A stretch of DNA of 64,000 nucleotides from Basidiobolus meristosporus CBS 931.73 (Eukaryota; Fungi; Basidiobolomycota): NCBI GenBank assembly GCA_002104905.1, contig MCFE01000346.1, positions 25,852-89,851 on the forward strand, in the 5' to 3' direction. The position numbers and the translations under genes were made by a program. A model generated the notes under the pieces. That model made no database searches. It had not been told where the DNA came from and saw only the letters and a list, made by a program, of their open reading frames with translations. The first letter of the stretch is position 1, and each line of letters starts with the position of its first letter. This document shows positions 61,248 to 64,000 of this stretch, one piece after another.

Positions 61248-63254
61248 GGGTTAGGGGAGACAGTCACCAACAGGTGAAATCTTTATTTCAGTTGAAACAA
61301 AGAAGCCAGCGCTACTGTTGTAGCTTTGATACAAGAGTGTGTAGCTGAGGGGAATTTGTAGGTAAGTTAATAAGAAGTGATGATAGTTCTTCAGTGCTCA
61401 AGACACTGTTCAGTGGGAAGGGGGGTAGCAAGAGAGGTAAGAATGACTTGTGAACAACATCAATGAGGGGAATGTGATAAGGGTTGATATTCATCATAAA
61501 GGGAGTGTGCTGCTGCAGATATTGCTGCCAAAGGTCTGTCAAGTACTTCAGGTAGGCCAGCTTGGGTTTTTCTGACTGCAGAATATAGTGAGCAAACTTC
61601 TTGACTTCAGGATCTCCAAGTATAGTTCTCCATCAGGAGCCAGGTGTAGTGTGGTGTGTTCTCTTCCAGGCCTTAATCAGTGGGTTGTTGCAGTTGTGAA
61701 GTCTGAGGTATAATCTGGTTCTAAGGTAGAGAAGTCTGATCTTATAGGGCATAAACCCAAAAGCACCAAGAATAGCATGTCTGTAGGGGCATTCAGGCAA
61801 ATGAGGCACCAAGGAGGTAATGCACCATACTGCAAACTTGTCAAGCTTAGTGCAGTCTCTAGAAGTAAGAGAGAGAAGTGGTAAGCCAAATTCCAGGACA
61901 GGGAAGACAAACTGCTTGAGTAGAAGGAGGCAGCTGGGAGCTGAAGTTGTAGGAGGAGTAACAGCCAGTAGCTTGTGGAGTGCCTGTCTTGCCAGGATAA
62001 TTCTCTTCTTCAGGTGTGCTCCAGAGTCTAGTCCAGTAGGAAGGAAAGGAAAGCCAAGATATGTAGCAGAAAACTGAGCAGGTAGAGTGGAGTTCTCCAA
62101 GTTGATGGGAGAGCCCAAAGGTACTGTCTTTGCAATGGAAAGCTGGAGATTATTCTTCTGCAGATACTGGTGGATGGTCTGGGAGTCTTGTTGCACATTG
62201 GAGGAGGATATTCTGATGTCATCAGCAAAGAGAGTAACCAGGCAGTCGGCTGAGAGTCTTGGGAAATCATTCAGGAAGATGGCAAACAGTATAGGACCAA
62301 GCACAGAGCCTTGAACCCCTCCATCAGGAACTGAGAACACAGCTGATTGCTCACTTGGGTGAAGAATTCTTGCTTGTGGATCCAGAAACAGAGATCTGAC
62401 AAGGAGGGTGAGAGAGGTACTGGAGAAGCATTGCAACTTAGACCAAAGCAGATTTCTGTCAACTGAATCAAAGGCCTTAGTAATATCAAACAGAACAGAG
62501 GGATACTTGCACTGGAGAGAGTGATCTTGGCTAAGTATGACTGCATATTCCAAGGAGAGGCCAGGAACAAAGCCAAACTGTGCAGGATGAAACTTGAGGG
62601 AGTCAGAGTAGAGCTCCTGAGCAAGCAGAAGCTCAAACACCTTTCTGCAGGTGGGCAGCAGAGATATTGGCCTGTAGGAGCTAGGATCCAGGTGCTTTCC
62701 TTTACCCTTGTACAGTGGCAGAACATTTGCAAAGGACCATTCCTCAGAAGTAGAAAGCTGGGCTGAGCATTGCTGAAACAGTGGAAGCAGAAGTGCAGAC
62801 ATGGCCTTGGTACTAGTCTTCAGAAGCTCATAGGAGATTGTGTCCACACCTGGAGCAGTAGAGTTGGGAAGCCTCTTGAGCACATTATGGATTCTCCTTT
62901 GATCAAGTGCAAGTGGGATGGGCAGAGTCTTGAAGTCAGGATGAAAGCCAGGAGTTGAGTACTGCTTTGTAGAGAAGAAGATGTTAGCCAGCTGTTCTGT
63001 TGAAGGTAACTTCCTTGAAGAGGGCCTCATTGCCCTGTAGAGTCTTGATACTGTTCTTGTTATAGAGTTGGAAGATTGCAGAGGCAAAGAACTCATAATA
63101 TGATCCCAGAGCTGAGTATGCAGAGTGTGGTGAATTGCCTTGGAGTGGTGTATTGCTGTCAGGAGGAGTTTCTCTGTTTTTGGGTTAGGGAAACTCAGGT
63201 AGCTTTGTTGCAGGGCTGAAACAATGGATTCCCATTTTCTTGAGGTAACAGCAG
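61248..63254 (-). mobile_element. LINE copy 2, 5'-truncated upstream of RT, RT frame intact
   Basis: Close match to copy 1 (roughly 95% by eye); begins gggttaggggagacagTCACCaacaGGTGA; ends at ...aacagcag where the SINE tail is attached. Confidence 0.92.
61312..63254 (-). CDS. Reverse transcriptase ORF (RT_nLTR-like), partial at 5', with one in-frame TGA at 61633-61635 and a 106-aa extension to TAG 61312
   Basis: APGVDTISYELLK, W..ANVLPLYKGKG..DPSSYRPISLL..RKVFE, QFGF, DITKAFDSV, GGVQGSVLGPILF.IF.ND, FADD, TYLG; the frame stays open after the TGA (WRTILGDPEVKKFAHY...). Confidence 0.85.
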
Positions 63255-63785
63255 TTAGGGGGGGAGGAAAGTCACCAAGTGGTGAAATCTTTATTTACTT
63301 ATGACAAGTATTTAAAGAAGCCAAGTTAATCTGAAGTAATTCCTAGAAAGCTAGGTCTGAGAGATATCTTCCTGGTAAGCCAGGTCTGAGAGTTGAGAAG
63401 CTGAGTGGTACTATATTTCCTAGTTAGCTAGGTCTGAGAGAGGTTTCCTGGAAAGCCAGGCCTGAGAAGTGAGAATCTGAGTATATCTGAGGTGAGTTGT
63501 ACTGATTTGCGGTAGCTTGTTTGTGGCCAGAATGGCCAGTAGACTGGGGGAACTGAGGGGTATTTCTGGGCGATCACTGGCCAAATTTACTAGGCAAATT
63601 TGACCAATTAGCATTTCAAGGATTTCAGCCAATCAGAGCCTTTACTTTGCCCGATGGTTGATCAAGCCATCTCCCAATGAGCACACATCAATTTATTGAT
63701 CAAATTTTGTTGGATCCAGGATTTGAACCCACAACCATGGGTATGGAAGGGTTAGGGATAACCACAAGGCTAAGTGTTCTTGGTT
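63255..63785 (-). mobile_element. tRNA-derived SINE-like element sharing the LINE 3' terminal module, abutting the telomere
   Basis: Minus strand: A-box TAGCCTTGTGG (63772-63762), B-box GGTTCAAATCC (63729-63719), T-arm GGTTGTGGGTTCAAATCCTGG; no T4 run in the body; 3' end aaagaagcc/TCACC-loop-GGTGA/C7-TAAC as in the LINE. Confidence 0.72.
63342..63460. repeat. Four 14-bp inverted repeats (CCTRG-N4-CYAGG, each followed by tctgaga/cctgaga) arranged as a ~77-bp tandem duplication
   Basis: 63342-63355 cctag-aaag-ctagg, 63371-63384 cctgg-taag-ccagg, 63419-63432 cctag-ttag-ctagg, 63447-63460 cctgg-aaag-ccagg. Confidence 0.85.
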
Positions 63786-63804
63786 AGGCTAAGTGTTCTT
63801 GGTT
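63767..63804. repeat. 19-bp tandem duplication at the SINE/telomere junction
   Basis: aggctaagtgttcttggtt at 63767-63785 and 63786-63804. Confidence 0.9.
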
Positions 63805-64000
63805 TAGGGTTAGGGTTAGGGTTAGGGTAGGTTAGGGTTAGGGTTAGGGTAGGTTAGGGTTAGGGTTAGGGTTAGGGTTAGGGTTAGGGTTAGGGTTAGG
63901 GTTAGGGTTAGGGTTAGGGTTAGGGTTAGGGTTAGGGTTAGGGTTAGGGTTAGGGTTAGGGTTAGGGTTAGGGTTAGGGTTAGGGTTAGGGTTAGGGTTA
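63804..64000 (+). repeat. Telomeric repeat (TTAGGG)n, right chromosome end
   Basis: About 32 units running to the window end, G-rich strand 5'->3' outward; variant GGGTA-GGTTA at 63825-63834 and 63847-63856. Confidence 0.98.

Noticed and set aside
58835-63096. RT interpreted as telomerase (TERT), retron or group II intron RT
   Set aside because: Motifs (PG.D.I.YE, YRPISLL, QFGF, QGS.LGP, FADD, YLG) and upstream APE remnants are those of non-LTR retrotransposons.
63350-63460. Possible hammerhead ribozyme (as in Penelope-like elements)
   Set aside because: The core reads CTGAGAG rather than CTGANGA and no consistent three-stem arrangement was found; the RT is LINE-type, not Penelope-type.
63342-63460. 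CRISPR-like repeat-spacer array
   Set aside because: Eukaryotic context, only four 14-bp units with related rather than unique spacers, and no cas genes.

Overview
Right-hand end of a chromosome from an intron-rich eukaryote: short GT-AG introns of about 50-90 nt and a terminal (TTAGGG)n tract. Gene content (Hsk3, Sla2, Atf1, Pff1 together with ELL, BLOC1S1, ADCK1 and an ANKFN1-like gene) points to an early-diverging fungus; this is inference. Bases 1-57300 are gene-dense: ANKFN1/wide-awake-like gene, two convergent GPI-anchored Ser/Thr proteins, HSK3, a double trihelix/Myb protein, ADCK1, an EamA transporter, an RRM-RGG-RRM pseudogene, BLOC1S1, ATF1, CIA1, carnitine acyltransferase, HemK, RIF1, a C2 protein, an MFS transporter, two 7TM receptors, SLA2, GTR1, ELL, NUP53, a Kex2-type secreted precursor and PFF1. 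Two tiny paralogous secreted 'CCD' peptide genes fall below the ORF-track cutoff. The last ~6.4 kb is almost free of CpG and is a head-to-tail stack of retroelements, all with 5' ends facing the telomere. It holds two truncated LINE (APE-remnant + RT) copies, an ~85 bp LINE tail, a fragment of a second family and, abutting the telomere, a tRNA-headed SINE-like element. All three families end in the same 3' module (TCACC-loop-GGTGA hairpin, then a C-run and telomere-complementary tail) and are joined by short TTAGGG-like linkers. This telomere-targeted LINE/SINE consortium and the CCD peptide family, one member next to a 7TM receptor, are the strongest candidates for undescribed biology. All family assignments come from motif recognition by eye; no searches were run.
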